Shown here one piece after another: positions 13,000 to 27,438 of a DNA stretch of 64,000 nucleotides. Below the pieces are notes generated by a model, which saw only the letters and a list, made by a program, of their open reading frames with translations, ran no database searches and was not told the DNA's origin. Location: positions 29,016,001 through 29,080,000 of the forward strand of contig OZ024756.1 of NCBI GenBank assembly GCA_964016885.1. The letters run 5' to 3'. Both the position numbers and the translations under genes were made by a program. This DNA is from Eledone cirrhosa. Taxonomy: Eukaryota. Position 1 is the first letter of the stretch, and each line of letters starts with the position of its first letter.

Positions 13000-14196
13000 C
13001 TTGGATTGGCAACCTTTTGGGGTCTGCGAGCAACATAGCTATGTAGTGTCTCATCGGCAGGCCACATAGCTATGTAGTGTCTCATCGGCAGTCCACATAG
13101 TTATGTAGTGTCTCATCGACAGGCCACATAGCTATAGAGTGTCTCATTGGCAGGCCACATAGCTATGTAGTGTCTCATCGGCAGGCCTCATAGCTATGTA
13201 GTGTCTCATCGGCAGGCCACATAGCTATAGAGTGTCTCATTGGCAGGCCACATAGCTATGTAGTGTCTCATAGGCAGGCCACATAGCTATGGAGTGTCTC
13301 ATCGGCAGGCCACATAGCTATGCAGTGTCTCATCGGCAGGCCACATAGCTATGCAGTGTCTCATTGGCGGGCCACATAGCTATGCAGTGTCTCATCGACA
13401 GGCCACATAGCTATAGAGTGTCTCATTGGCAGGCCACATAGCTATGTAGTGTCTCATCGGCAGGCCACATAGCTATGCAGTGTCTCATTGGCAGGCCACA
13501 TAGCTATGCAGTGTCTCATTGGCGGGCCACATAGCTATGCAGTGTCTCGTCGGCAGGCCACATTGCTATGTAATGTCTCATTGGCGGGCCACATAGCTAT
13601 GCAGTGTCTTGTCGGTAGGCCACATAGCTATGCAGTGTCTCATTGGCGGGCCACATAGCTATGTAGTGTCTCGTTGGCGGGGCACATAGCTATGCAGTGT
13701 CTCATTGGCGGGCCACATAGCTATGCAGTGTCTCGTTGGCGGGCCACATAGCTATGGAGTGTCTCGTCGGCAGGCCACATTGCTATGTAGTGTCTCATTG
13801 GCAGGCTACATAGCCAGGCAGTGTATTGTCATTGGACCATGATATCAAAATATAATAAATTTGCTCGACCTCAGACTGCTACCTTAATCCCAGGATTTAA
13901 AGAAGAACAATGAATTTTATGTGATATTACTTTAATGACATTCCTTATTACAAATAAAATACAAACAGAAATTGTAAATTGTTTCATGAGATCTTCTTTA
14001 TCCCTGTCGTTGGATAGCTTCTCTATATCAGGCGAAATATTATGTTCAGCTAAGTGAGCCTTGTGACTAGATCTGTTCTCTAGTCGGTATTCTAATCAAA
14101 AATATTTCAGAGCTGTTTTTCAGGGATCTCTTAGCCTAAGATTGAAACCTGTTAGCAGGCCGGATGTGGCCTGCGGGCTGGGGGTTGCCACCCATG
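13000..14196. mobile_element. Non-autonomous hAT (Charlie-like) DNA transposon
   Basis: Ends cttggattggcaacc / ggttgccacccatg; subterminal gtggcctgcgggc; 8-bp TSD GTATATAG (12992-12999) / GTATGTAG (14197-14204). Confidence 0.75.
13032..13825. repeat. 31-bp minisatellite, ~25 copies
   Basis: Unit ggccacatagctatgtagtgtctcatcggca. Confidence 0.95.
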
Positions 14197-14227
14197 GTAT
14201 GTAGCATATGATGAGAGATTGAGAGAT

Positions 14228-14351
<124 letters not shown>

Positions 14352-15130
14352 GAGAGAGAGAGAGATAAAGATATATATATATAGAGAGAGAAGAAAAGCG
14401 GGAATGAGATTATAACAATGATTACCTAATAAATAGAATCTGATGAAATTCAAATTTAATGCCTTCTAATTCACTATATATACATGAGTGTGTATGTATA
14501 TATATATATATACACACTCATGTATAGACGGCAGCTGTATAAAAAAAGTGCAGGGCGATCAAAATTGATGGAAGTTACGGAGTAGGTAGACCCAGAAAAA
14601 CCTGGGGCGATTTGATAAATTCCGACCTCACACACTTACACCTCTCTAAGATAATCTCACTGGACCGAGATCTTTGGCGCCACGCAGTAATACAGAAGAC
14701 CCGCCTTGCCTATGTACAAAGCGAAACCTACAGTCAGTAGGCACCTCTTAACCAAATATACACCCCAATCCACTACCCCTACTCCATCCTCCCACTCCCA
14801 TCAACACCACCCTTTCTCTGTAAAGTTGGTACCACAACATCCAGTCCAAATAAATGAGATAATGAGATAATGAGATCGAGATCATGTAGGTGTCACGACA
14901 AAAAACACACAGTCCACGCTGCAATGTGGTCGTGTAGGTAACACGGTAAAAAGTTCCCAGTTCCACACTGTAAATGTGGTTGGTGTTAGGAAGAGCATCC
15001 AGCCGTAGAAAATCTGCCAGAAAGTCCTATACGAGCGAGACACGGTCATCCAACCAACCTTGCCTCAAATTGGGACAACTCTCGTCTAACCCATGCTAGC
15101 ATGGAAGATAGACGTTAAATGATGATGATA

Positions 15131-15173
<43 letters not shown>

Positions 15174-15176
<3 letters not shown>

Positions 15177-15403
15177 AACCAGTAAGACCCCGACAGCTGA
15201 GCTCAAGCCGTTTCGACGGCTAATTCTGGACTAAAAATCTTTTTAGTCCAGAATTAGCCAGAATTTAGTCCAGAATTAGCCGTCGAAACGGCTTGAGCTC
15301 AGCCGTCGGGGTCTTACTGGTTCCTATTACCCACTCTACTACCTCAAGTATTGAGTACTTTGGTGCGTTATGGTCCACCTGGTTCCTTACCACATTTCCT
15401 TCG

Positions 15404-15405
<2 letters not shown>
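15174..15405 (+). mobile_element. Fold-back element family B
   Basis: Near-identical to 9812-10015 with a small duplication at the palindrome centre. Confidence 0.85.
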
Positions 15406-15439
<34 letters not shown>

Positions 15440-16093
15440 CAACAAGGACGAATGGTTACTCCTTCATTACATTTATCGGTTGGTGATGTGCGTTTCGCTA
15501 TTGATCAGCTCAAGGTTCGATTTGTATCGATCTAGCCCGACTCTGTAATCAATGGCTCGTCGGACCTCTGTGGTAGTGATGACAGAACTGTACCAAACAC
15601 CTGAAAGGACTATTCAAATAGAAGAAAAATCCACCACACAGCGCGAACTCCCTGGATATAAATATATATATATATACACACACATATGTGTGTGTGTGTG
15701 TGAAGACGAAATCTCATCCACAAGGAATTGGTCCACACAAATCTACAGAAGACATTTGCCCTAGGTACCGCAGAGTAAGAGTGTACCCGAAACCACGTGG
15801 TAGCGAAACGAATTATTTAACCACACATATACACACACACACACACATATATGTATATATGGATATAAAGTGCAAGCATATATATATCTATATATATGTA
15901 TGAATGTATTTTTTTGTTTTAGTGGTAGGGTAGACCCTCCGAAACGATCGTAAAACAATGATATGAATAGGTAAAATAACTTGTCTTTGTTGTTTTTATT
16001 TTCATTGTTAATTTAATATCTAATACATATAAATATATACACACATATATGTATATGTATATAAAGTGCAGTCATGTACACACACACACACAC

Positions 16094-16147
<54 letters not shown>

Positions 16148-16165
16148 GTATACGAAGTGCAGTCA

Positions 16166-16223
<58 letters not shown>

Positions 16224-16804
16224 CACATACATGACTGCAAAGTGCAGGTATGACGGTGTAGTTATTAATGGAATGGATTTTGTGACATTTATTCGTAATT
16301 TTCCCTGAAATTATAAACGTAATTTCTCTTTTTCGTTTTTCGGTTCAACTGTTTTCATAACGGAAAACCCAAAATGTGACGAAACGTAACTGTGATGATA
16401 AAATGTTAAGTAAAGAGAATTTAGTGGTCGGAGGTGATGGATAAAGGAGGAAAATGACGTCACCTAGGTACAACAAGGTGGTGGGAGGAGCGGAGGTTAG
16501 ATTTGAGGGTGATATAAATATGGTGTAATGCTGGCTATAGTACGAGAGTGGGTGAGAGGCCTTAAAACTAACCAATCAGCAACGAGTACTGTTTCCCTTG
16601 TTTTTGTTATTTGAAAGCTAACCATCAGCTGATCATGCTCCTCTTTACGCTACTCCTTTGTAACTTTTACTCTTTCTTTCTCCCCCTCACTCTTTCTCGG
16701 CTGCTTTTTTCCTTCTTTCTCTATGCTATGTAACTTCTCTTTCTTTTTCTCTCCCCCTCTCTCAATGTGATTGCAGAGAGAAAAAGTGAGAGAGAGAGAG
16801 AGTA

Positions 16805-16867
<63 letters not shown>

Positions 16868-17174
16868 AGTGGAAACTAGATAGATATAAAGTGAGAATAA
16901 GGGATAGAAAGAGAAAAATAGATAAATATAAAGTGAGAAAAAGAAGGAGTTTAGGATAAATAAGTTTAGAATAATAAATATAGTAAGAGTGAGAAAGAGA
17001 AGAGGTTGATAAATTAGATAAACTATAAGAAATAAGTGAGGTAGGTTTTAAGAGGTGAAGAATAAAAAGAGAATGATAGAATTGTAAGGGAGTTAATTTA
17101 AACAGGTAAAGAGTTAGAGAAGGAGAAAGGGGGAGGGAACTTTAAATACATACATTTAAAGAGAGAGAATGAGA

Positions 17175-17880
17175 ATTTTAGATGCATACAGAGAGAAAGA
17201 GAGTGAAGAGGAGAGAGAAATTTAGATGTATACAGTTAGCGAGAGAGAGAAAGAGAGAGAGGGGGAGAGAATTTTAGATGCATACAGAGTTAGAGAGAGA
17301 GAGAAAGAGAGGGAGGGGGAGAGGGAGAGAGAAATTTAGATGCATACAGTTAGAGAGAGAGAAAAAGAGAGATGGGGAGAAGGAGAGTGACATTTAGATG
17401 CATACAGAGTTAGAGAGAGAGAGAGAGAGAGAGAGGGGGGGAGAGGGAGAGAGAAATTTAGATGCATACAGAGTTGGAGAGAGAGAAAAAGAGAGGGGGG
17501 GGAAGGAGAGTGAAATTTAGATGCATACAGAGTTAGAGAGAGAAAGAGAGAGAGGGGGGCGAGGGGGGGGAGAATTTTAGATGCATACAGAGTTAGAGGG
17601 AGAGAAAGAGGGGGGGGAGAAATTTAGATGCATTTAGTTAGAGAAAGAGAGTGAGAAGGAGTGGGAAATTTAGATGCATAGAGAGTTAGTGAAATAGAGA
17701 AAGGGAGAGAGAGAAAAAAAACTTTAGATATGTTAAAAAGTTAAAGAAAGAGAGAGGAGATCTTTAGATATGTAAAGACAGGGAGGGAGACTGTTAGATA
17801 CGTAGTCACAGAGAGAGAGAGAGAAGGAGAACTGTAGATACGTAAGGGGAGGGAGGGAGATTATTAGATACGTAGTCAGA
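17175..17880. repeat. Degenerate ~60-bp tandem repeat with variable GA spacers
   Basis: Recurring aatttagatgcatacagagttagagag. Confidence 0.85.
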
Positions 17881-18436
17881 GAAAGAAAGAAAGAAAGAAA
17901 GAGTGAGGTAGAGATAGATAGACGGAGAATGGAGTGAAATTAGCTGCTGAAGTTTGAAGATCTACTATTACTACTACAACATTTTAGCAAAGCGCTGCTA
18001 CACCTCCAGTAGTGCAGCGCAAATATTATTATAATATAACATACACACAAATATATATATTTATATATATATATGCACCCGGTTTTATAACAAAGTTTTC
18101 ATGGAGCTGTCTATACGGATTTATACCGTTTTGCTAAAAGTGCAGCTTTCCTCTAGTCTGAGCTATTTTCATGATTAAATTTACAACGGACTACAGCCCA
18201 TATCTCGGTAAGATTTGTTTGTTTCTTGCTCATTATTTCTCACTGCTTTTCATCAATTTTTTTTTTTTTCTTGATAATAATAATTTCTTTACTGGCCCTG
18301 AGGGCCCCCTCAAAAAACATTAAGGACAATGCAAATAAACAAGGACAGTGGAGGGAGGGTTTACATAGAACGAACATATAGAAAGAAAAAAAGTACGGGA
18401 AACAAAGTAAAAAATTGATAACAGAAATACCCAGTG

Positions 18437-18469
<33 letters not shown>

Positions 18470-18472
<3 letters not shown>

Positions 18473-19540
18473 GTTTCTTATATGAGCACAAGGCCAGTAA
18501 TTTGGGGGGAGGGGAAAGTCGATTAAATCGAACCCCAGTGCATGACTGGTACTTTATTTTATCGACCCCATAAGGATGAAAGGCAAAGCTAACCATAGCG
18601 GGATTTGAACTTAGAATGTAAAGGACCGTAACTCTATGCCACTAAACATGTCCGACGCTAATTCTGTATTGGCCACAAGGGTCTACATATTGGGGACAAT
18701 ACAAAAAGCCAGGGACAGTGATGGGGGGGGGGGGTACAAAAATCGAGTAAAACAAATAAATACAACAATAACAATGGTAATAATAATAATTGTTTCTACT
18801 TTTGGCACAAGGCCAGCAAATTCCAGTGTATCACTGGTACTTTATTTTATCGACCCCATAAGGATGAAAGGCAAAGATGATTTCATTTATTAGCCACAAG
18901 GGCCGACATGTAGGGGACAATAATAATAATTTCTGATTTAGGCAGTAGGCCAGAAGATTTTGAGGTAGGGCAAAGTTAAACCGGTTAAATCAACACTAAT
19001 ACTGGAGGACTGGTACTATACCTTGTCGACCGTAGAGAAATCTGAACTTAAATATCAAGAGCCAGAATTTATAGACCAAAAACGTTATGTCCGACAATAA
19101 TAATAATAATAATTGTGGCCTAATGCTTTCCACCTCAAGCACAAAACTAGTAATATATATATATAATTTTTTTTTTTTTTTTTTCGGATTGGGGAGACGG
19201 GAAGAAAGTTGATTAAATCGACCCTAGTATTATTTAACTGATACTTTTTTTTCTATCGCCACCGGGGGAAAAAAAATGAATCGCAAAGTGGGATCTGGAC
19301 TCAGAACGTAAAAAACCAGGAACAAATGCAGCAAAGCATCTAACCCGATGTTTCTCCAAGCAATTCAACTTATCAATCACTCTAAATAATGGTTTCTGAT
19401 TTAGACACAAGGCCAACCATTTGGGGGGGGGGGGGGAGTCGATTAAATCAACCCCATTGCATTACTGGTACTTTATTTCATCGACCCCCGTAAGGATGAA
19501 AGACAAAACTAACATCGACGAGATTTGAACTCAGAACGTA
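18470..19540 (-). mobile_element. Cluster of ~5 Meta-domain-like SINE copies/fragments
   Basis: Repeated cacaaggccag..actggtactttattttatcgacccc..ggatgaaaggcaaag..gatttgaactcag. Confidence 0.8.
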
Positions 19541-20214
19541 CTAATAATTTCTATCATTAATAATTTAACAAAAACAGCACAAGGCCCCTGATGAAAAAGG
19601 GGCTGTGTACTATAATGTAGTAAAGAGTTATTTTAAACTAATAGTTATTAAAATAAACTCTGCAATGACAAAGTAATAGGTTCAGTTGACTCGCGGCGTG
19701 ATTTGATCTCAGAATCTCAAGGGACATAACTACGTAACTAAAACCACTGCAATACATTTTTTTCTTCTGTGTGTTGTCCGGCACTCTACCGATTCTTCCA
19801 TCACTATCAAATAAATCTCTTGGTCGTTTCTCTTCTATATAACATCCACAACTAGAGAGCGATAACAAAGACAATTATTTCACTGCTATCATTTAATTTA
19901 ATTGAATTACCAATGTCATAGAGATAAACACGAATATGGACATTGTGGAATATGTATGTATATATATTTAGATGACAAAGTATCAACATCAATATATATA
20001 TATATAAATATATATAAATATAATCTCGAGAGAAATGTTTTAATATTTTGCGATTCCTTTACTTGGCCTTATATATATATATATATATATAACCTAAATA
20101 ATAAAATTTAGAAATCATAATTATTGACTTGGTGTCAGGCACTTGCGTCTAAAAAAACCCCAAAACAACAAATTAAAATGAATCTGAACATTCTATTGTC
20201 ATGATGTGGTATTT

Positions 20215-20265
<51 letters not shown>

Positions 20266-20817
20266 TACACACATATATATGTGTGTGTGGTTTCTTTATC
20301 TCGTCAATTTAATAAATGTGGCTTTTATAAAGAATTATATTTACTATAATAATGATAATAAAAATAATAATCTCTTGATTATAAATAATTTAGATCGTGA
20401 TTATTGTTGGGTTAACCTATTTATTATTATAAATAATAATGATGATAATAATGATTTCCATTATTATTTTTATTATTTTTATTATTTTTATTATTCGTTG
20501 TTTGCTCTGATGTGGTGATGGTTAGCTAAGCTACTGGTATTATATGTGACTATATGTCGACTGGCCATTTTAAAATATATATATATATATCTATATATAT
20601 ATAATTGTTTCTACTATATATATATAATTGTTTCTACTTTGGATCCTAATCATATCCTTACATTTACCACATGAAATATAATTATAATATCAATCACAAA
20701 CACTGATTGTTTGCTACATGAGAAATCGTTCTCATATTTAATTTCACTATTTTTTTTTTCATTCCTCACTTATTCTGATTTCGTCTCTGCCTTCGTTTTT
20801 GTTGTGCTTTTTTATCT

Positions 20818-20858
<41 letters not shown>

Positions 20859-21716
20859 ATATATCGTATGGAAATGACTTCTATAGGACTAAAGATGATT
20901 TCAAATGAATGAAACCGTTCTAGTTCTGTAGAAGTCATTTCTATATGGGATAAATATTTATCTTCTGTATTATATGTATTGAGTACCTTATTTTACTCTG
21001 GTTCCCTTCCGTTCTGCTTCAGGAAATCTCTCTCTCTCTCTCTTTATATATATGTATATGTGTATATAGGCAGTTTGGTAGAGCACCATTAACGAAACCT
21101 TTACCTTATAAAAATAAAAACTATACTCGTCATATACCTAACCTCACTTATATAAATATATATAGGGAGTGTAACGTGCTGTTATTGTAGGTTTACTCAT
21201 TTTATTATATTATGTATATATATTATGATAAACAATGAAAGAATAAACTAATTATTATTGCAATAGTAGAATGGTGTTTCGTTGAAAAGCGGAATGGAAC
21301 CAGAACACACTAAAGGAAGGTACTCAATACATCGAGTAAAGAGAGAGAGTATTTAATTTTATTTCATTTAGGAGTGACTTCTATAAGACTACTTGTGTGT
21401 CTGTGTGGTGCACAATGACACACTTCAGTGTGCATTATGTATGTTAAGTTTGCAGGAATAGGAAGAATATTCGTCTCGTTCTAACTTCTTGTTTTGACCG
21501 TCTATCACATTTTGCTTAGCTTTCAGTCCATGCTTCTTGCCATCACAATACACCATAATAATGTATTTTCTTTCTCTCCATCAACCACAATGCATCTTAT
21601 TTGTCACCACCTCCTGCATTTCATTCCTCCCCTCTACCTCACTATCGTTCAAATATTTAATGGAAATATATATATATATATGAAATAATAATGAAAATGT
21701 GTACAGTGGTCAGGTG

Positions 21717-21776
<60 letters not shown>

Positions 21777-21857
21777 ATAATAATAAATTTGAAGACTAAA
21801 ATCCAAAGAGGGCTCGAAAAGGATAAATATATACCAAATATATAAGAACCGTAGAGC

Positions 21858-21985
21858 AAATATTTATTAAAATAACAGATAAAGTTTAAGCAAAGAATCG
21901 CTGCTTTCACCCTTCAGAAGATCCCGTTAAGGGTGAAAGCAGCGATTCTTTGCTTAAACTTTAATCTGTTATTTTAATAAATATA
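21858..21985. mobile_element. Fold-back element (same family as 56719-56846)
   Basis: tttaagcaaagaatcgctgctttcaccctt / aagggtgaaagcagcgattctttgcttaaa. Confidence 0.75.
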
Positions 21986-22019
21986 TATATATTCTTTCAG
22001 CGTGATACCCTCTTCTTTT

Positions 22020-22068
<49 letters not shown>

Positions 22069-22542
22069 TTGCGGCGAGCTACCCTAATTTTTTTATATAT
22101 ATAACGGAACCGAAGGGAACGACACTTAAGCGAGATAATCAATACATCATATAGGAAGAAAAGATACTTAATTATATTTAATTTAGAAGTGAATTTTACA
22201 GTGCTGTTTCATTCGGTTGCGAAATCGCAAGAAAGCCAAACACATTCACATATATATTCTTGTATACACCGTAATTTTTTTAAAGGTAGATAGATATAAC
22301 TGAAACGCACATTCAATCAGCCCCCCCTCCGTACACAGGAATAAATATAAGGCATAAGAACATTATTACACACAAACATATATATATATTCCTCTTGTTT
22401 TTGCTTCTCTTTTACAACAGCCATTCTTTGATTCCGCGTATTCTAATGTAGGTTTCTCTTCACACACGAATATATAAATATATATATATATTCGAGTGAC
22501 GCTGATGCACGCGAGAATGGGTACTCAATATCAGAGTAGAGT

Positions 22543-22594
22543 TCAATGTCTGATGATCCTGTGAATACACAGGTGAAACTCCAGTTTAGACGAA
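22543..22594 (+). ncRNA. Hammerhead-like motif with poor stem I
   Basis: CTGATGA-TCCTGTG aata CACAGGT-GAAA-CTCCAG-TT. Confidence 0.5.
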
Positions 22595-22783
22595 GCTTTC
22601 TAATACTTTGCCTTCATATTCCATTTTTACGATCAATTTTTCTATGTGTATGTATGTCTGTATGATCTTTTGCATGCATGTGGAACTTGAACGTTGTCGG
22701 GCATTCTTCTAATATTATTTGCCAATGTTGTGCCTTTTTATTTGCGAGATAAGAGCATTCTTTTGTCTATGTACATACACAGG

Positions 22784-22815
<32 letters not shown>

Positions 22816-22860
22816 CCTGTGTATGTATATATATATATATATATAGCCTGTGTATGTATG

Positions 22861-22908
<48 letters not shown>

Positions 22909-22967
22909 GTCAGAAAAGCACTCGCTGTAACTTCGAAGTCACTAGTATTTAAAATACCCACTTCAGT

Positions 22968-23008
<41 letters not shown>

Positions 23009-23789
23009 ATGATTTCCTTCGATTGAAACAGTTCTAGTTCTGTAGAAGCCATTTCTATATTAAATATTGTATATACTCTATGTATTGAGTACTTTACTTA
23101 TTGTGGTTGCCCCCGATTATACCCGGTACACACACACACACCCTTCTTTTATCCATTTGTATTCTCTCAAACTCTTAATAATTGTTTCTATTTTGGGCAC
23201 AAGGCCAGCAATTTGCTATCTATATCTTTTCTCAGTCTCTTCTCGTGCCCGTTCTCTATTCTATATGTTGGAACTGCACGTGTTTGTGCCGTGAGCCTTC
23301 GTTCTCCTCCTCCTACCTCCTGATTCACCCTCCTCTCCACTACCCCAGCCTCTACCTCTACCCCCCCCCCTCTTACTGGTCTTTACTAACCGCCCCCCTA
23401 AACACCCCACCGTCGCCTCGTTATCTACACGTCTCTCTCCCTCACTCAGTCACTCCTTCACTCACTCTCATGACCAAAATTCATAACACATGCTTGCTTC
23501 ACTTGGAAGAATTTCTTGGCAGAGAATAAATAAATTAATATATAAAAAAAAATAATATAAAATATACGCCAGCTTTCGTTGCTTGTGTTCTTTCTGTCTG
23601 CCACGCAATGGCCCAATCTCACAAGCTATATATATATATATATATTTATATATGTACACACATGAATACACACACACATGTATACATACACACGTTTATA
23701 TATACATACACACATACACACACACACACACACACTCGTCTATATATATATATATATATATATATACAGACAGACATACATGCAGAGGA

Positions 23790-23828
<39 letters not shown>

Positions 23829-23830
<2 letters not shown>

Positions 23831-24023
23831 CGAAGGAAATGTGGTAAGGAACCAAGTGGACCATAACGCACCAAAGTACTCAATACTTAGGGTAGTAGAG
23901 TGGGTAATAGGAACGAGTAGGACCCCGACGGCTGAGCTCAAGCCGTTTCGACGGCTAATTCTGGACTCCAGAATTAGCCGTCGAAACGGCTTGAGCTCAG
24001 CCATCGGGGTCTTACTGGTTCCT
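23829..24023 (-). mobile_element. Fold-back element family B (extra fragment at 24070-24110)
   Basis: Reverse complement of 15174-15405. Confidence 0.85.
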
Positions 24024-24030
24024 ATATATA

Positions 24031-24072
<42 letters not shown>

Positions 24073-24741
24073 AACCAGTAAGACCCCGATGGCTGAGCTC
24101 AAGCCGTTTCTATATATATATATAGAGTGAAAGAGAGATGTGTAAAATCCCGACTGCAGGATTTTACGCATGTCTATACCCACTCTGTATCTCGTCATGC
24201 ATTGAGTACTCCCACAATTAGTGATCTCCCCGGTCTCAGCATCACAGATTCTCTCTCTCTCGCTCGCTATATATATATATATATAATTATACATACATAC
24301 ACACAATCATACACACATACATTGGCATCTCATCACTATTTCCCCAATGTCCCTGCCCTCTGCTCAGTTTTCTATCATCTACATTTGTGGCGGTGCATGG
24401 CTTAGTGGATAAGGTGTTGGACTCCTAATTGTAAGGTCACAAGTTTGATTTCCCTACTAGGCTGCGCAACGCAATTTGTCCTTGAGCAAGTCACGTTATT
24501 TTAAGTTACCCCAGTCTCTCTGCTCAGATGGTGGAGGTGGCGGTGGGGAGTTTTCACTACCAAGGGGACTGACCTCAGTAGTGAAAACATCATATCAGTT
24601 CGTTCCCTTGTCTTTAGTTTGTATTGTAAGGCATTGGCAATGGAACCTTATTACATAAGCTGCTGTTTGATGATGTAGCATTTCTGGTTGCATGATTGAA
24701 GCATCCAGTAGCTATGAGCACCATAGAAATATGTATTACAG

Positions 24742-24837
24742 CTTTATGAAGAAATGACTTTTGAACATCTAACATCAGATCTTTGCAATTATTCTCATAT
24801 TTTTCACCCAATTGATGACTGGTCGATGGTTCTCTGG
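24742..24837 (+). CDS. Candidate internal exon, unknown gene
   Basis: tattacag| LYEEMTFEHLTSDLCNYSHIFHPIDDWSMVLW |gtagtt; non-repetitive sequence, open frame. Confidence 0.25.
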
Positions 24838-24967
24838 GTAGTTGTGTAACTAAACTGATTGTATGAGCTAGATGTGGTTACTTGACCTGTCAAGCCTCAT
24901 GAGGGGACAGTCCATCTCATCCAAGCAAACATGGAAAATAAACATTAAATGGTGGTGATGATGATAT

Positions 24968-25018
<51 letters not shown>

Positions 25019-25667
25019 CACATCATACATATATGTGTATGAAGTTCCATTTGCAGTTATGAGGTTCTGTATGTGAGCCCACTATGTAGTAGTTTGTGCA
25101 AGTGTCTTTTTACGATAGTCATGAGTTGACTGAGGTTTTGCGCATGAAACTATTGGGCAGACAGCTCATTAGATGTACTGAGAATTGACTTCCTCAGTGA
25201 CGACTAAGAAAGCAAAAAATCTACCTGGGTGGGATTTGAACTCAGACTGTAAAGATATATGACTAAATGATGCTCTGTTAAATGTTCATCACCTCATCCC
25301 CTATCATACACATGCAAACATACATTCACAGTTTCCGTTTTCATATGGAGCATAGTCCACGATATGAATGATTGAACTCCTTGATCTAACAGGCTTCTGT
25401 CTCTATGGACTCGTTGAACTTGCTTTAAATAGCAGCCAAATCTCCTGAGTGTTTAATCATTTTGTTACCATACCTTCAATGAATGGCACTGCTTTTGATT
25501 TGTAAATAATTTTGAAAATTTACTCAAATATATTTTTAGGATAAAATAGTATAAGAATAAAAAAAGCAGTATTGGAAATGCTATAAATGAGAGGAAAAGG
25601 GCAATGGTTATCAGGCAATGAAAGAAAGAAAAGGAAAAGGGGTGAGGGTGACAGACTCTACACCTAA

Positions 25668-25740
25668 GTCAGAGCGGTGTTTCGGTTGTGCCCCAAGGAC
25701 AAAATGGTAATGGCCAGCAACACCTGCTGCAACTGCCACC
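25668..25740 (+). pseudogene. Possible piggyBac transposase C-terminal Cys-rich domain remnant
   Basis: With one frameshift reads RC-RLCPKDKMVMASNTCCNCH (RCxxCP..CxxC spacing). Confidence 0.3.
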
Positions 25741-25946
25741 CCTCCTTCCTCAGACTGGCTACTATCATTCTGATTTTACAGAGGAGGTCAGCTGTATGGG
25801 GCCTGAGGATGCCTTGACAGCAAGAATTTGGATGGATTTAGTAATATAACTAACTTTCTCATTAAGTTGATTGGAATATAACAAAGACTTATCAAAGGTT
25901 CTTTCATAAAATTACAATGGAAAGTTTTTAGGTAAATATGGACACT

Positions 25947-26203
25947 TTTACCTTTTTGTTATCATATTGCTAATGAAAGATGCTGGCTATGATTTTCAAA
26001 TAATTTTGAAAATAATTAAGAATTTGGAATGATTTAGTGATATAAATAATTCCTTCAAAATTTATTTGATATTTGGAGCATAACTTACAGGTTCCTATAT
26101 AAAATTATAATGGAAGATTTTAGATAAATATAAACATTTTAAAACAAAGTTTACTATCATATAACCAGAACCAGCTTTAAGCAGTTTGGTACCAAAAGGG
26201 TTA
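25947..26203. mobile_element. piggyBac-like MITE (family 2)
   Basis: tttaccttttgttatcatatt .. ggtaccaaaagggttaa; related pieces near 2338, 27940, 39320, 55122, 58100. Confidence 0.6.
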
Positions 26204-26861
26204 AAATCAAACCTACCATCTTAATTGAACGATAACAATGTTCAATAGTGAATGTCTTTGATTATAGGATGTCTGTGTTATCAAGGTAGATCTATGGCTA
26301 AACAAGAAGAAGCAACATATTTCACTCACATGTGGCCTAAGTGGTTGGGGTGTAGGTTGGACTCATGATCATAATGATGTGAGTTCAACTCCTGAACTAG
26401 ACAGCTGGGCCAAATTTAAACCGTGTGGGGCCTGGGGTACTTCAGGTTTGGAAGGTGGTGGCTCATACTCAAAAGATTAGAATACACAGCAAACCCCCAA
26501 TTTTACATATCAAAGTCAGCTTGGTGCAAATAATTGGAAATTTAAAAACAAAATCTAACCATCCTAAAACTAAAAAGCCCAGCAGAGGGCATGAATAAAT
26601 TGCTCCAGCCATTGCTGGTCACCTCCCCCACTTCACACATACACACCAGGGGCCCCCAGGGCAATTGTCGTCCCCCCCCCCCCGCATTAAATCCAGCCGT
26701 GCTAGGCAGTGCATCATGTTTTCTTGCGCAAGAAGACAATTCATTTCATGTTGATTTCCATGATAGGACTGAGGCACTGCTCATTAAAGATAAAACAAAA
26801 AGATGAGAAACTTATGCCATGTCATAGAAGTCCAACTAGGCCTGTGTTGGAGCTGTAATCT

Positions 26862-26893
<32 letters not shown>

Positions 26894-27215
26894 TTACACT
26901 AGGCTTTTGGTTGACCTAAAGATGGTAGAAAAGTATCAGACCCAGATTGGTGTTGTAGTAGATACCCTAATGTTTTGTTCTGGGTTCCTTAAGTGTTGTT
27001 GTGGGTACCCTAACACTTTGTGTTCTGGGTACCCTACCTGTGTTGTTGTGAGTGCCCTAGCACATGTGTTCTGGGTACCTTAAGTTTTATTGTGGGTACC
27101 ATAACAACACTGTGTTAAGAACACCACAATGCTCATATGCAGGACCACAACACGCATATGCATGGACCCATAACTCCTGATGGAGTTGTAGGGGTGTCAT
27201 CATGATATACATGTG

Positions 27216-27284
<69 letters not shown>

Positions 27285-27345
27285 GATGGCGATGAATTTG
27301 TTTTGCAAGATTTTTGATATGAAATCATGTATTGAAACAAATATA

Positions 27346-27438
27346 TTTGGGGAGGATCATGTTGTTATAATATTGCCAGAAATATTAATATTTATTATTA
27401 TTTCTGGCAATATTATAACAATATGGCCCTCCCCAAAT
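27346..27438. repeat. Short inverted repeat
   Basis: ttgttataatattgccagaaata / tatttctggcaatattataacaa; related to 8315-8360. Confidence 0.7.

Noticed and set aside
13032-13825. 31-bp repeats as a CRISPR array
   Set aside because: Units are contiguous with no unique spacers.
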